A DNA stretch of 62,616 nt, filler included. It is 19 parts of 19 records of this genome, joined end to end, with 100 filler letters (N's around TTAATTAATTAA, not from the genome) between each part and the next. Parts side by side here need not be neighbours in the genome. Positions count along the whole stretch, not along the records: positions 1 to 3,113 come from SRR36015646_52390; positions 3,214 to 6,454 come from SRR36015646_52673; positions 6,555 to 8,856 come from SRR36015646_54162; 16 more parts are not named here. The stretch is one strand, 5' to 3'. Below are positions 1 to 8,956 of this stretch, piece by piece. The translations under genes and the position numbers were made by a program. Under the pieces are notes generated by a model. It worked only from the letters and a program-made list of their open reading frames with translations, searched no databases and had not been told where the DNA came from. Within the stretch, counting starts at the first letter, position 1. Each line of letters begins with the position of its first letter.

Positions 1-26
1 TAGGCACACCTCTACTAAGTGAAAAA

Positions 27-2114
27 ATGATCGCCATGAGCTCGGTGCTGAGGGAACTGCCAAAATGCAAACCGAGAAATCTAGTACATGCCGGTCGACT
101 TCAATTTTTTGTCCCCGCGTGGGAATTCATAACTACAAACAGTTGGGTGATAGACACCATAAAGGGCTACACCATAGAATTTCAAACTGTTCCCCCCTTC
201 AATGGGGTGAAAGAGACATTCAATGCTGTAAACAAATTGCAAGAAAATATTTTTCAGAAGGAGATAGACACACTCCTGGAGAAAGGTGCAATAGAGGAGG
301 CAAGAGCCCCCCTACTGGAGGGACATTACAGTCATCTGTTTCTTGTCCCGAAGAAAACCGGAGACAATCGCCCAGTCATAAACTTAAAATCATTAAACCA
401 TTACATAAGGGTCTTCAAATTTCGACTTCTGACAATACCGGAAATTTTTCCTCATATAAAGGAAGGGGACTGGGCAATCACGATAGACCTAAAAGATGCA
501 TATTTTCATCTTCCGATCTCCCGTGTACATCGGAAATACTTGCGCTTCCAGTGGAAGGGCACCGTCTACCAATTTGTTTGTCTTCCTTTCGGAATTTCAA
601 CGGCTCCGCGAGTTTACACAAAAATAATGCAACCAATATTAGAATTCTGCCGCAAATTGGGCCTAAGAATATTCATTTACATAGACGACATTTTGATACT
701 AGCCAGTTCTCAAGAAGAGACAATTCAATACAAACATTTTGTACTAGAACTACTAAAAACACTGGGCCTGACAGTGAACATGAAAAAGTCTCAACTAGAA
801 CCAAGACAGGAAGTGGAATATCTCGGCTTCCTGTTCGATCTCAAAAATGGATTAATACAAATACCACAAAAGAAAAGAGATCTAATTGTACAGAAGTCAG
901 AAGAGTTACTGAAAACACAACATCCAACTCTTCGGCACATTCTATCAGTAATGGGGTACTACACAAGTACCTTTATTGCGAACCCATTGGGCAGGGCTCA
1001 TTTTCGCAACCTACAACAATGTTACCTAAAGTCTTTTCGGGGTCACAAGTCTATAGGGACTACAAAAACCCTTCTTACAACTCAGGCTATTCAAGATGTG
1101 CAATGGTGGATGAAATCACTCATTCACCACAAGGGTGCTCTCATGAAAAAACGACAAACTCAATTCACTGTGACCACAGATGCCTCCCTTCAGGGTTGGG
1201 GAGCACACTGTCAAGACCAAATGGCTCAGGGCCTCTGGTCAGAAGAAGAGAGCACACGGCACATAAATTTTCTAGAAATGAGTGCAGTCCTTCTAGGACT
1301 CAAATCATTCCAAAACCTTTTACAGGGATCCAATGTCTTAGTACAAACGGACAATTTCACAACAGTTCAATACCTGAACAAAATGGGGGGCACAAGATCG
1401 ACATCATTGTGCCAGTTAGCCCTCAAAATAATAACATGGTGTCAGGATCAGGGCATACAACTTCAGTTGAAGCACATTGCGGGAACAGAAAATACGATAG
1501 CGGATCGGCTATCAAGGGAATATGTAGACATAAAAGAATGGGCCCTACACCAGCAGGTAGCATGTCAAATGTTCAAAATATTCGGAACACCGCAAGTAGA
1601 CCTGTTTGCGAGTATGAACTCCCACAAACTACCAGCTTATTTTTCATGGCAGACAGACATGCAGTCCGCAGGGACAGATGCACTGAAACAGGAATGGAAC
1701 GGAATTTTTGCTTACGCATTTCCGCCAATTCCACTAATCCCGCGTGTACTACAAAAGATTCGGGACTCGCAGAATTGCCAGGTACTACTGGTAGCCCCAT
1801 TTTGGCCAGCAAGACCATGGTTTCTACATCTAACCAGTCTACTGTACAGCAATCCGAAAATGCTACCGGTGAAAATGAATCTTCTATCATCTCCCCTATT
1901 AGGCCGTGTCCCATTCAAACAAATACAAATGTTAAAACTGACCGTTTGGCCAGTTACGGGGAACACATCCTTGATTTCGACTTATCACCAAGATCCCGAG
2001 CAATTATACACGCATCTTGGCGTGAAGGCACTGAACGGCAGTATTCATCAGCATGGAATAAGTGGCAATCATTTTGTGATAGGCAGCAAATTGTTGCCAT
2101 TGACGCTCCTGTAA
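27..2114 (+). CDS. pol: DIRS reverse transcriptase - RNase H - DNA N6-adenine methyltransferase-like protein
   Basis: RT motifs IDLKDAYFH, LPFG and IYIDD; RNase H motifs TDASLQGWG, HINFLE, TDN and NTIADRLSR; MT-like motifs VDLFAS, YAFPP and APFWPARPWF. The frame is open back to the window start. Confidence 0.93.
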   Translation: MIAMSSVLRELPKCKPRNLVHAGRLQFFVPAWEFITTNSWVIDTIKGYTIEFQTVPPFNGVKETFNAVNKLQENIFQKEIDTLLEKGAIEEARAPLLEGHYSHLFLVPKKTGDNRPVINLKSLNHYIRVFKFRLLTIPEIFPHIKEGDWAITIDLKDAYFHLPISRVHRKYLRFQWKGTVYQFVCLPFGISTAPRVYTKIMQPILEFCRKLGLRIFIYIDDILILASSQEETIQYKHFVLELLKTLGLTVNMKKSQLEPRQEVEYLGFLFDLKNGLIQIPQKKRDLIVQKSEELLKTQHPTLRHILSVMGYYTSTFIANPLGRAHFRNLQQCYLKSFRGHKSIGTTKTLLTTQAIQDVQWWMKSLIHHKGALMKKRQTQFTVTTDASLQGWGAHCQDQMAQGLWSEEESTRHINFLEMSAVLLGLKSFQNLLQGSNVLVQTDNFTTVQYLNKMGGTRSTSLCQLALKIITWCQDQGIQLQLKHIAGTENTIADRLSREYVDIKEWALHQQVACQMFKIFGTPQVDLFASMNSHKLPAYFSWQTDMQSAGTDALKQEWNGIFAYAFPPIPLIPRVLQKIRDSQNCQVLLVAPFWPARPWFLHLTSLLYSNPKMLPVKMNLLSSPLLGRVPFKQIQMLKLTVWPVTGNTSLISTYHQDPEQLYTHLGVKALNGSIHQHGISGNHFVIGSKLLPLTLL

Positions 2115-2971
2115 ATACGTTTATTTCATTTTTGAGCGATCTTTTTGATGAGGGTAAACAATACAGTACCATCAATTTATATAGATCGGCCATTTCTGCC
2201 ACTCATAGTCACATAAATGGAAGACCGATTGGTCAGCATTTTATTGTGACACGGTTCATGAGAGGGATTTTTAATTTACGACCGCCAAGGGTCAAGTTAT
2301 TCCCAAAATGGGACATAAAAATTGTATTAAGTTTATTAAGGACATGGCACCCAGTTGAACAATTAGACTTAAAATTGTTAACTTTTAAGTTACTTATGCT
2401 TATTGCATTAACAACAGCTAAACGGGTAGCTGATTTACATTTATTGTGCATTTCTCAAGAGTTTATGAGAATCACAAGTGAAGGAGTAACATTTATTTTA
2501 AAAGGACTATCTAAGACAGATCGTCCCGGTCACAATAATACTCCAATATTTATTAAGAGTTCACCGGACGAGAAAACAATGTGTGTGGTTAATACTCTAA
2601 AGGAGTATCTGTCTAGAACACAAGATGTCAGACAGCCAAAGCATAAAAGCTTGTTCATTTCTGTCGTTAAACCACATTACCCGGTGAGTAAGGTCACTCT
2701 TGCTAATTGGTTATGCAAAGTGTTACAACTGGCTAACATTAAATCTTCCGCAGGGTCGACCAGAAGCGTGTCTGCAACATACGCATTCTATGGTGGTGCC
2801 AGTTTATCCAGCATCATGACTGCCGCGGACTGGTCGAGAGAATCTACTTTCAGACATCACTACTTGAGGCCACTTGACATCACTCAAGCTCACCACTTCC
2901 ATACGGCAAACACCAGGGACGAGGAAACCGCTGAGAAGGATTTTACATCGGTAATCCTGGAGATAGATTAA
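65..2971 (+). CDS. DIRS tyrosine recombinase (conserved domains from about 1960 onward; long N-terminal part overlaps pol)
   Basis: SAM-like region (TERQYSSAWNKWQSFC, YSTINLYRSAIS) followed by catalytic motifs TAKRVADL, SKTD, GSTR and ADWSRESTFRHHY. Confidence 0.92.
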   Translation: MQTEKSSTCRSTSIFCPRVGIHNYKQLGDRHHKGLHHRISNCSPLQWGERDIQCCKQIARKYFSEGDRHTPGERCNRGGKSPPTGGTLQSSVSCPEENRRQSPSHKLKIIKPLHKGLQISTSDNTGNFSSYKGRGLGNHDRPKRCIFSSSDLPCTSEILALPVEGHRLPICLSSFRNFNGSASLHKNNATNIRILPQIGPKNIHLHRRHFDTSQFSRRDNSIQTFCTRTTKNTGPDSEHEKVSTRTKTGSGISRLPVRSQKWINTNTTKEKRSNCTEVRRVTENTTSNSSAHSISNGVLHKYLYCEPIGQGSFSQPTTMLPKVFSGSQVYRDYKNPSYNSGYSRCAMVDEITHSPQGCSHEKTTNSIHCDHRCLPSGLGSTLSRPNGSGPLVRRREHTAHKFSRNECSPSRTQIIPKPFTGIQCLSTNGQFHNSSIPEQNGGHKIDIIVPVSPQNNNMVSGSGHTTSVEAHCGNRKYDSGSAIKGICRHKRMGPTPAGSMSNVQNIRNTASRPVCEYELPQTTSLFFMADRHAVRRDRCTETGMERNFCLRISANSTNPACTTKDSGLAELPGTTGSPILASKTMVSTSNQSTVQQSENATGENESSIISPIRPCPIQTNTNVKTDRLASYGEHILDFDLSPRSRAIIHASWREGTERQYSSAWNKWQSFCDRQQIVAIDAPVNTFISFLSDLFDEGKQYSTINLYRSAISATHSHINGRPIGQHFIVTRFMRGIFNLRPPRVKLFPKWDIKIVLSLLRTWHPVEQLDLKLLTFKLLMLIALTTAKRVADLHLLCISQEFMRITSEGVTFILKGLSKTDRPGHNNTPIFIKSSPDEKTMCVVNTLKEYLSRTQDVRQPKHKSLFISVVKPHYPVSKVTLANWLCKVLQLANIKSSAGSTRSVSATYAFYGGASLSSIMTAADWSRESTFRHHYLRPLDITQAHHFHTANTRDEETAEKDFTSVILEID

Positions 2972-3113
2972 GGTACTATTACGCTTTTCTCTCTTTCTAC
3001 TTTAGCGAGTGGCCTATCAATAACTTTAGTTAGTTAATTAGGATTAGACACGTTAAAAAATTGTATATAGGGTAAAGTCATAATTTTATAATGTGTACAT
3101 CAAGGGAACTCCC

Positions 3114-3213
3114 NNNNNNNNNNNNNNNNNNNNNNNNNNNNNNNNNNNNNNNNNNNNTTAATTAATTAANNNNNNNNNNNNNNNNNNNNNNNNNNNNNNN
3201 NNNNNNNNNNNNN
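3114..3213. other. Artificial contig spacer (44 N + TTAATTAATTAA + 44 N); first of 18
   Basis: The same 100-nt spacer, with stops in all six frames, starts at 3114, 6455, 8857, 14617, 18431, 20536, 23103, 25947, 34237, 36620, 42150, 45176, 47381, 49509, 51921, 54168, 56428 and 60326. Confidence 0.99.
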
Positions 3214-3770
3214 TACAGTAGCCGTACGTGCAGCCGAGTTGGTCCATACCATAGCTGACTCTAGTCGTGAAGATGCACCAAGCCAGGGAATAGCCGAAAC
3301 TGGACATGGTGTAGCCAAGCAGACCCACGATACTGTAGCCGAGTCTCGCCATGAGACTAAGATATGCGATGACGCAGCCGATGACGTAGCCGACCGTGGA
3401 CGTAGTGTAGCCATGCTGACCAATGCCGTAGCCGATCCTAGCAATGCTGCTCAGCTAGGACATGTCGTATCCAACCGTGGGAATAGTGTAGCCAAGCCGA
3501 CACATGCCGTAGATCCTAGCTATACAGCTGAGCTAGGCCATGCCGTAGCCGACCGAGGGCGTAATGCAGCCATGCCAACACATGCCATTGCCGATCCTAG
3601 CTATGTAGCCGAACTAGGCCCAGTTGCTGCCGACCGTGGGAATAATGTAGCGAAGCCAACGTATTCCGTAGATCCTAGCTATGCAGATGAGCTAGGCCAT
3701 GTCACAGCCAATCATGGGCACAGTGCAGCCAAGCCCATCCCTGCCGTAGCCGGCCCTAGCTGTGGAGCTA
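3214..3770 (+). repeat. Tandem repeat with alternating 78/81-nt units, in frame with ORF1
   Basis: GATCCTAGC-like anchors occur at 3434, 3512, 3593, 3671 and 3752. The unit translates as (A)DPSYxAELGHxxADRGxxxAKPTHAV. Confidence 0.9.
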
Positions 3771-5878
3771 AACCAGACAGTGTTGTGTATGATCAGGCTT
3801 TACCAGGCCAGCGCCACATTAGTGACAGTTGCATCCCTAATGGTGCGAACATTTCCGCTACCCCTGCTGATGGGCCTACTAATAATGACACTTTTGCAGT
3901 GAAACCAAGTAAAACTTATGCAAAATCATTGAGTGAAAAACAATCCATATATTTTATTGATAAGCGTAATTCAGTGTATATTCAGTTGACAGATAGTGAT
4001 TCTAAGAGCCTAGGTATCGTACCATGCACTAATGCCTTTGTTGATGTAGTTGGACCCAATGCTGTCACACATGTATCTAAGGTAAATTATAAGTTCATAG
4101 TGTATCTTAAATCTGAAGATGATGTAAGAACTTTAATGTTAACTGGTGTCCACATTGGTGGCTATAAAAGAGATGTTAGGCCTGTACATTCACCATATAC
4201 CACAGTTGTTTTATCTAACGTATACCCAGAGGTTGAAAATAATACTATTGTCAATACTTTTAGGGAGTCACTAGGTGTTGAAGTGAATAATATTAAATGT
4301 ATTCCGGCCGGTTTTAGGGATCCAAAACTGAAGCACATTCTTTCATTTAGACGTGAAATACGTTATCTGAAGCCTAGCGATGAACAATGGATTATGCCTG
4401 CAGAGCTTGAGCTGCAGCAAGGGGACCATACATACAAAGTCTATTTATCGGATCCCGGACAGCCAATATGTTTCTTTTGCTTCCAGTTTGGCCACATGCA
4501 ATATAGATGCCCAAGTAAAAAAGCAAGATATGACAAACGAATGCAGGAAGAAAGGAGCGCAGGTACAAATGGATATCGCAACAGAGGAGCAGGATACAAT
4601 AATAGGGACAAACCGTATCACAAAGACCAGCGGGATCGTCAGGATGATGTGATAAGAAGCCACAGTGATCAGAGGCCTAGTGTGGACGAAAATGAAGATG
4701 CCACAAAAAATAATGTCAGCTGTCAGAATGCCAATGGGAAGGAAAAGAATGAAATCACACTGCTGTCCCCACACACCACAACGCCCAAGCTACATGTAGA
4801 TATAAACGAAACAAGCCAAGCAGATGATCCTGACAAGCCAAGAACAGAATCGGAGTGGAAAACCAGTACAAAACATACAAAGCGTAGTCATCGAGGAGCG
4901 GAATTATCAATGTCATCTGAATCTGGCTTGGAAACAAGTAACATGTATGACGTGTTGAACAAAAGTCAGGAGCTGCTTTATGATGTCATTGCAGAAAACC
5001 AAGCTGTGCACGACAAGAGAAAACCCAGCACCAAGAAAAGGAGAAAAGACGTACCTAATCAGACAGACAACAAAGTACAAATTGTCAATGCAGAAATACA
5101 CCAACCCACGGGCCATAATAAAGGTCAACTCTCCATTGCCTGTCAAAATACTGATCGATCCAGAGACATGACACAACTGCAAGAGTTTGTTGGAGACATC
5201 AACCATAACGGGGAAGAAGATCAATCGAAACCAAGAAACAAAGAGCAGGAAAATCATACAGGTATCTGTGATCAATATGAAGAGATGCAAGGTATAGAAG
5301 AAGATACAATAATTATAAATATGACGGACGAAGCAGCTGGTATAGAACAAGCAAGACTCACTGAACAAAAGTGCAGCACTCCGCGAGATATTACCACTGA
5401 CGTCTCACTGACACAGGTACTGAATAACGAATTAGATGGCAATATGTTTAAAAAACCTCCATTACCCAGAAAAATCAAAGACACCATAGAATACGAAGAA
5501 ACATTGGAACTATGCGAAAAGAGTGAAAGTGAGACTGAGTTCTCACAAGAGTCAATCCTAACACAAGATTTGAGTTCTACGGACTCCGATACAATTCATC
5601 CATTAACTAAGCAACAATTGAAAGAAATACTGAATTCGACAAAGGGGAAAAGAAGGGAGTATGTATTTGAACAACTATTGAAACTTACAACTAATATAGA
5701 TGGGCTAGTTGAGCAGCTGAAGTTTGAGAGAAGACACAAACGACTGGATCGAATTATGTGTGACAAGGGGGATGAAAAGAAGGTGGTAAGAAGAATAGAT
5801 TCCCTTTTGAAACACATTAGGAAATCTAGGACTGACACAGGAGGCGAAACACCAATCGGAGATATGAAGTCAATTTAA
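3239..5878 (+). CDS. Tx1/L1-like ORF1 nucleic-acid-binding protein (5' incomplete)
   Basis: VVLSNVYPEV...LSFRRE RRM-like block, CCHC knuckle CFFCFQFGHMQYRC, and a C-terminal helical block (ILTQD...ILNSTKGKR) shared with the ORFs at 18557 and 17726. The listed start is TTG and the frame is open to the contig edge. Confidence 0.88.
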   Translation: MVHTIADSSREDAPSQGIAETGHGVAKQTHDTVAESRHETKICDDAADDVADRGRSVAMLTNAVADPSNAAQLGHVVSNRGNSVAKPTHAVDPSYTAELGHAVADRGRNAAMPTHAIADPSYVAELGPVAADRGNNVAKPTYSVDPSYADELGHVTANHGHSAAKPIPAVAGPSCGAKPDSVVYDQALPGQRHISDSCIPNGANISATPADGPTNNDTFAVKPSKTYAKSLSEKQSIYFIDKRNSVYIQLTDSDSKSLGIVPCTNAFVDVVGPNAVTHVSKVNYKFIVYLKSEDDVRTLMLTGVHIGGYKRDVRPVHSPYTTVVLSNVYPEVENNTIVNTFRESLGVEVNNIKCIPAGFRDPKLKHILSFRREIRYLKPSDEQWIMPAELELQQGDHTYKVYLSDPGQPICFFCFQFGHMQYRCPSKKARYDKRMQEERSAGTNGYRNRGAGYNNRDKPYHKDQRDRQDDVIRSHSDQRPSVDENEDATKNNVSCQNANGKEKNEITLLSPHTTTPKLHVDINETSQADDPDKPRTESEWKTSTKHTKRSHRGAELSMSSESGLETSNMYDVLNKSQELLYDVIAENQAVHDKRKPSTKKRRKDVPNQTDNKVQIVNAEIHQPTGHNKGQLSIACQNTDRSRDMTQLQEFVGDINHNGEEDQSKPRNKEQENHTGICDQYEEMQGIEEDTIIINMTDEAAGIEQARLTEQKCSTPRDITTDVSLTQVLNNELDGNMFKKPPLPRKIKDTIEYEETLELCEKSESETEFSQESILTQDLSSTDSDTIHPLTKQQLKEILNSTKGKRREYVFEQLLKLTTNIDGLVEQLKFERRHKRLDRIMCDKGDEKKVVRRIDSLLKHIRKSRTDTGGETPIGDMKSI

Positions 5879-5893
5879 TATCATCATAATTTA

Positions 5894-6454
5894 ATGGCTA
5901 GCCACAATATATTAACGATTAACACACACGGCCTATCACAGTTATCACGAGCAAAACAATATACAGAATACTTCAACTTTTACCAACCTGATATAATCTT
6001 CATGCAGGAAACTAATATAACAAAACAGAAGGCTGACGACAACATGTTATGGAATGACTTGCCATACAAATTTTTCTTCTTTTCTGCTCCGACAAAGTTT
6101 TCCGGTGTCGGGCTAGCCATTAAAAAGAATAGCGCAATCAATATCAAACAAGTAACGGAACTCTATGACGGACACCTCTTGTTTGCAAGATATGAGATAA
6201 ATGGTGTAATCTACAATGTCTACAACATTTATATGCCACAAAACGATGACAAAGCACTCGACACATTAGAAAGACTGGCCAGACATAAACATGAGCATGG
6301 CATAGATGAATTCCTACTAGTTGGAGATTTAAACGTAACATTGGATCCCAAAATGGACAGACAAGACGGGGCAATCGAGAGACGTAAAAAGTTACAGGCA
6401 AAGCTGCAGCAACTCGTCAGCAAATGTAGATTAAACGATATATGGAGAACATTG
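5894..6454 (+). CDS. Non-LTR ORF2, N-terminal APE endonuclease (3' truncated by contig end)
   Basis: Motifs TINTHGL, DIIFMQETN, GVG, NIYMP, GDLN and LNDIWR. Confidence 0.92.
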
Positions 6455-6554
6455 NNNNNNNNNNNNNNNNNNNNNNNNNNNNNNNNNNNNNNNNNNNNTT
6501 AATTAATTAANNNNNNNNNNNNNNNNNNNNNNNNNNNNNNNNNNNNNNNNNNNN

Positions 6555-7901
6555 CCTCTTGATTTCAGTTGCTTAATATGGAGACTTGTGGGTTGGAGCT
6601 GCAGAGACGAAACCCCTACGCGCTTCCCCGGCCTCTCTATCCCCTATCAATAATTCAACGGTGTCTTGACGTTCCTTAACTTCCTCCCTATAACTATTGT
6701 AGCTTCCTTAACTTAAAGTGATAGCATAATTCACCGGGTAAGATGAGCCGAAGTGCGACAGTATATGAACGACTTCTTGAACTATAATTGCGGAACTTGC
6801 ACATTTAATTGAGATAGTAAACTGTTCGTATCTTAAATTGACACCCCGCTGCGGCCGTAATTTATAGATTTCTAAGCGCCGTAAGTTAATTTGAGGGAAA
6901 ATAATCCTATATGTAGAGCTAAAATCCAGTCCTAACAGCGAGGCCGAAAATAGGTTACGTTCTACTCATACAACGAAACAATGAGTGTAGTTTGAGTTCA
7001 CTTATACGAAGTAGTAAACAGGTTATTTTATCTTGACATGCCTATGCTAAATTATAATTTGCCTTGCAGTTTGTGGTAGGCTAAAACACCACGATTACTT
7101 TTTGAACCAACATCGCACTTACCGTGTAAGTAATATCCAAACGTTATGAACTGATTGGTCACACTTCCCGAATAACAATAGTCACCGCTAACCGTTTTAA
7201 TTCGTTTTTATATTAGTGCTCATAACTTGCGCGCGTTTGTCACCCTTGAGGATTAGGGTGGAATGAGAAACACTCCTCTCGACAATCAAATTCCAACAGA
7301 ACCTGACCATCTAAAAAGTGTTTTTTCACTCCACCCTATTGAGGATTTCCGCGAGAAATTGTCTAGGTGCGCCGCGTAAGTACATTTTCTTAGCGAAAAT
7401 TTAGCCCTTTCTATTGACCTACTATGTCGTGTTCTGAAGGAAATGGGTTATGCTAAATAGGTTGTGTGCCGTAGAGTGTTATTGCACCATTGACAAACTT
7501 TACATTGCCATTGATTCGTCTTTGTTTTTAAGGAGGCAGCGCTACTTTTATCTCGTCTGTAATTCGGTATGTCAATACCGGTGTATCGCTTTAAGAATCT
7601 TTGAGATATGTTATTCAAATAACTCCGATAACCCCAAGGGTGACTTTCTATGTGCGTGTGCTGACTTTGATTTTTATTCTTTTACCTTAAATGGAGTTCT
7701 TTCCCTCGCAATAGGCATACTAATCCAGGGCCCTGATTCAAGAGACTTATGCTTACCCAATTGCTGAAGGACAACTAAAATAATTTAATTTATGCTACCC
7801 GGTTAAATAAAAATGTAATTCTGGATGGAACAAGGTGGTATTTGTGGAAAGCGGATCCTAGGAGAATTTCTGGAAAACGGATCCTCACAGTACGCCCCCC
7901 C
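6555..7901 (-). mobile_element. Putative polypurine tract and 3' LTR (LTR starting TGTGAGGAT at 7889; far end not identified)
   Basis: The minus strand reads GGGGGGG-CGTAC-TGTGAGGATCC about 50 nt after the ORF stop; the rest of the contig lacks convincing coding sequence. Confidence 0.45.
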
Positions 7902-7947
7902 ATGACCCAGATTGGGCGTCGCACAATCTGGGACATGTCAATTCCTC

Positions 7948-8856
7948 TTAAGAGGATCCGTGACCTATCATCCCTGTAGTTTCATCAATTTCAGACAACA
8001 ATAACGGTATTCTGCTTTCAACCGCTGGCCTGAAGCAATGGTTTGTTTTATTTGGGATTGTCAGATAGGTTAATTTTCCCAAATGTGCGATTAATAAGTA
8101 GGATTCGCAAGGACTTTGGCTGATCAACCGTTGAAGTTTATATCCCATAAAGATACCTAAAGGCACTAAATGTGGTAATTGTATGGGTACCCCACCTTTG
8201 GTGATTGACAATGCCCATTTCAAGTGAAGGTAGGTGATGGGTCCGCAGAATTTACGGTGTATTTTTAGTGTAGTAACCACATTTGGAGTTACTTCTATAC
8301 GCGGATCAGTGGGACATAGGGAAAGGTGCATTGGACATGCCTCTACTCTATTCAATGCGATAAGGGCACTGGAGTGCTGTCCTACGACCTCCAAGTAAAA
8401 CCTTCCCTTAATGTAGCAAGATTGGTATAGCCGATAAATACTGTATGCTATAGCAATACTGATTAGTAATATAAAAACTGGTCCGGTGGTTGTAGATGCC
8501 ATCTGAACATGGGTTAACGTTATGTGTTCGGATTCCGTTATATTTTTGACGGTTTGGTCTCTGCTGGGTAGTATCCATTCTAGACCAGAGTCGCTGATAT
8601 CGTGCCCCTCGATCGGTCTTACTAACGTAAATGCTGCCATATTGGAAGCTACCGATACTTTTCTTGTTAAGTAAAAGGATAATGTCAGGCTGACAATCCA
8701 CCCTGCAGTGTTGATGTAAACCAAATAGGATGTTATTAGTTCTTCCCACCAAGATTTAACTCTTTCAAATTCCTTTGGACTGGGTTTGGTTGCATCCATT
8801 TTGGCCCGTCTTAGTTCTTGGCTTATTTTTTGGAGGGAGGTGTGTCCTAATTTGTC
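7948..8856 (-). CDS. C-terminal part of a probable env-like membrane protein of an LTR retroelement
   Basis: The frame is open to the contig edge (DKLGHTSLQKISQELRRAKM...). It has two hydrophobic segments (YLVYINTAGWIVSLTLSFYL; VFILLISIAIAYSIY) and a beta-rich tail, and is followed by a PPT-like G run and TGT. Confidence 0.55.
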   Translation of the reverse strand, partial: DKLGHTSLQKISQELRRAKMDATKPSPKEFERVKSWWEELITSYLVYINTAGWIVSLTLSFYLTRKVSVASNMAAFTLVRPIEGHDISDSGLEWILPSRDQTVKNITESEHITLTHVQMASTTTGPVFILLISIAIAYSIYRLYQSCYIKGRFYLEVVGQHSSALIALNRVEACPMHLSLCPTDPRIEVTPNVVTTLKIHRKFCGPITYLHLKWALSITKGGVPIQLPHLVPLGIFMGYKLQRLISQSPCESYLLIAHLGKLTYLTIPNKTNHCFRPAVESRIPLLLSEIDETTGMIGHGSS

Positions 8857-8956
8857 NNNNNNNNNNNNNNNNNNNNNNNNNNNNNNNNNNNNNNNNNNNN
8901 TTAATTAATTAANNNNNNNNNNNNNNNNNNNNNNNNNNNNNNNNNNNNNNNNNNNN

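Larger units (their letters stand above)
1..3113 (+). mobile_element. DIRS1-type tyrosine-recombinase retrotransposon (partial; gag and 5' end missing)
   Basis: An RT/RNase H/methyltransferase-like ORF is overlapped by a tyrosine recombinase ORF; no DDE integrase or protease is present. Confidence 0.95.
3214..6454 (+). mobile_element. Tx1/L1-like non-LTR retrotransposon, 5' portion
   Basis: ORF1 with an RRM-like region and zinc knuckle is followed 15 nt later by an APE endonuclease ORF2. Confidence 0.88.

Noticed and set aside
5876-5896. ORF1 and ORF2 in the same frame with a single TAA as another read-through case
   Set aside because: ORF2 has its own ATG just before the first endonuclease motif, and UAA-U is not a recognised read-through context; this is a normal L1-like layout.
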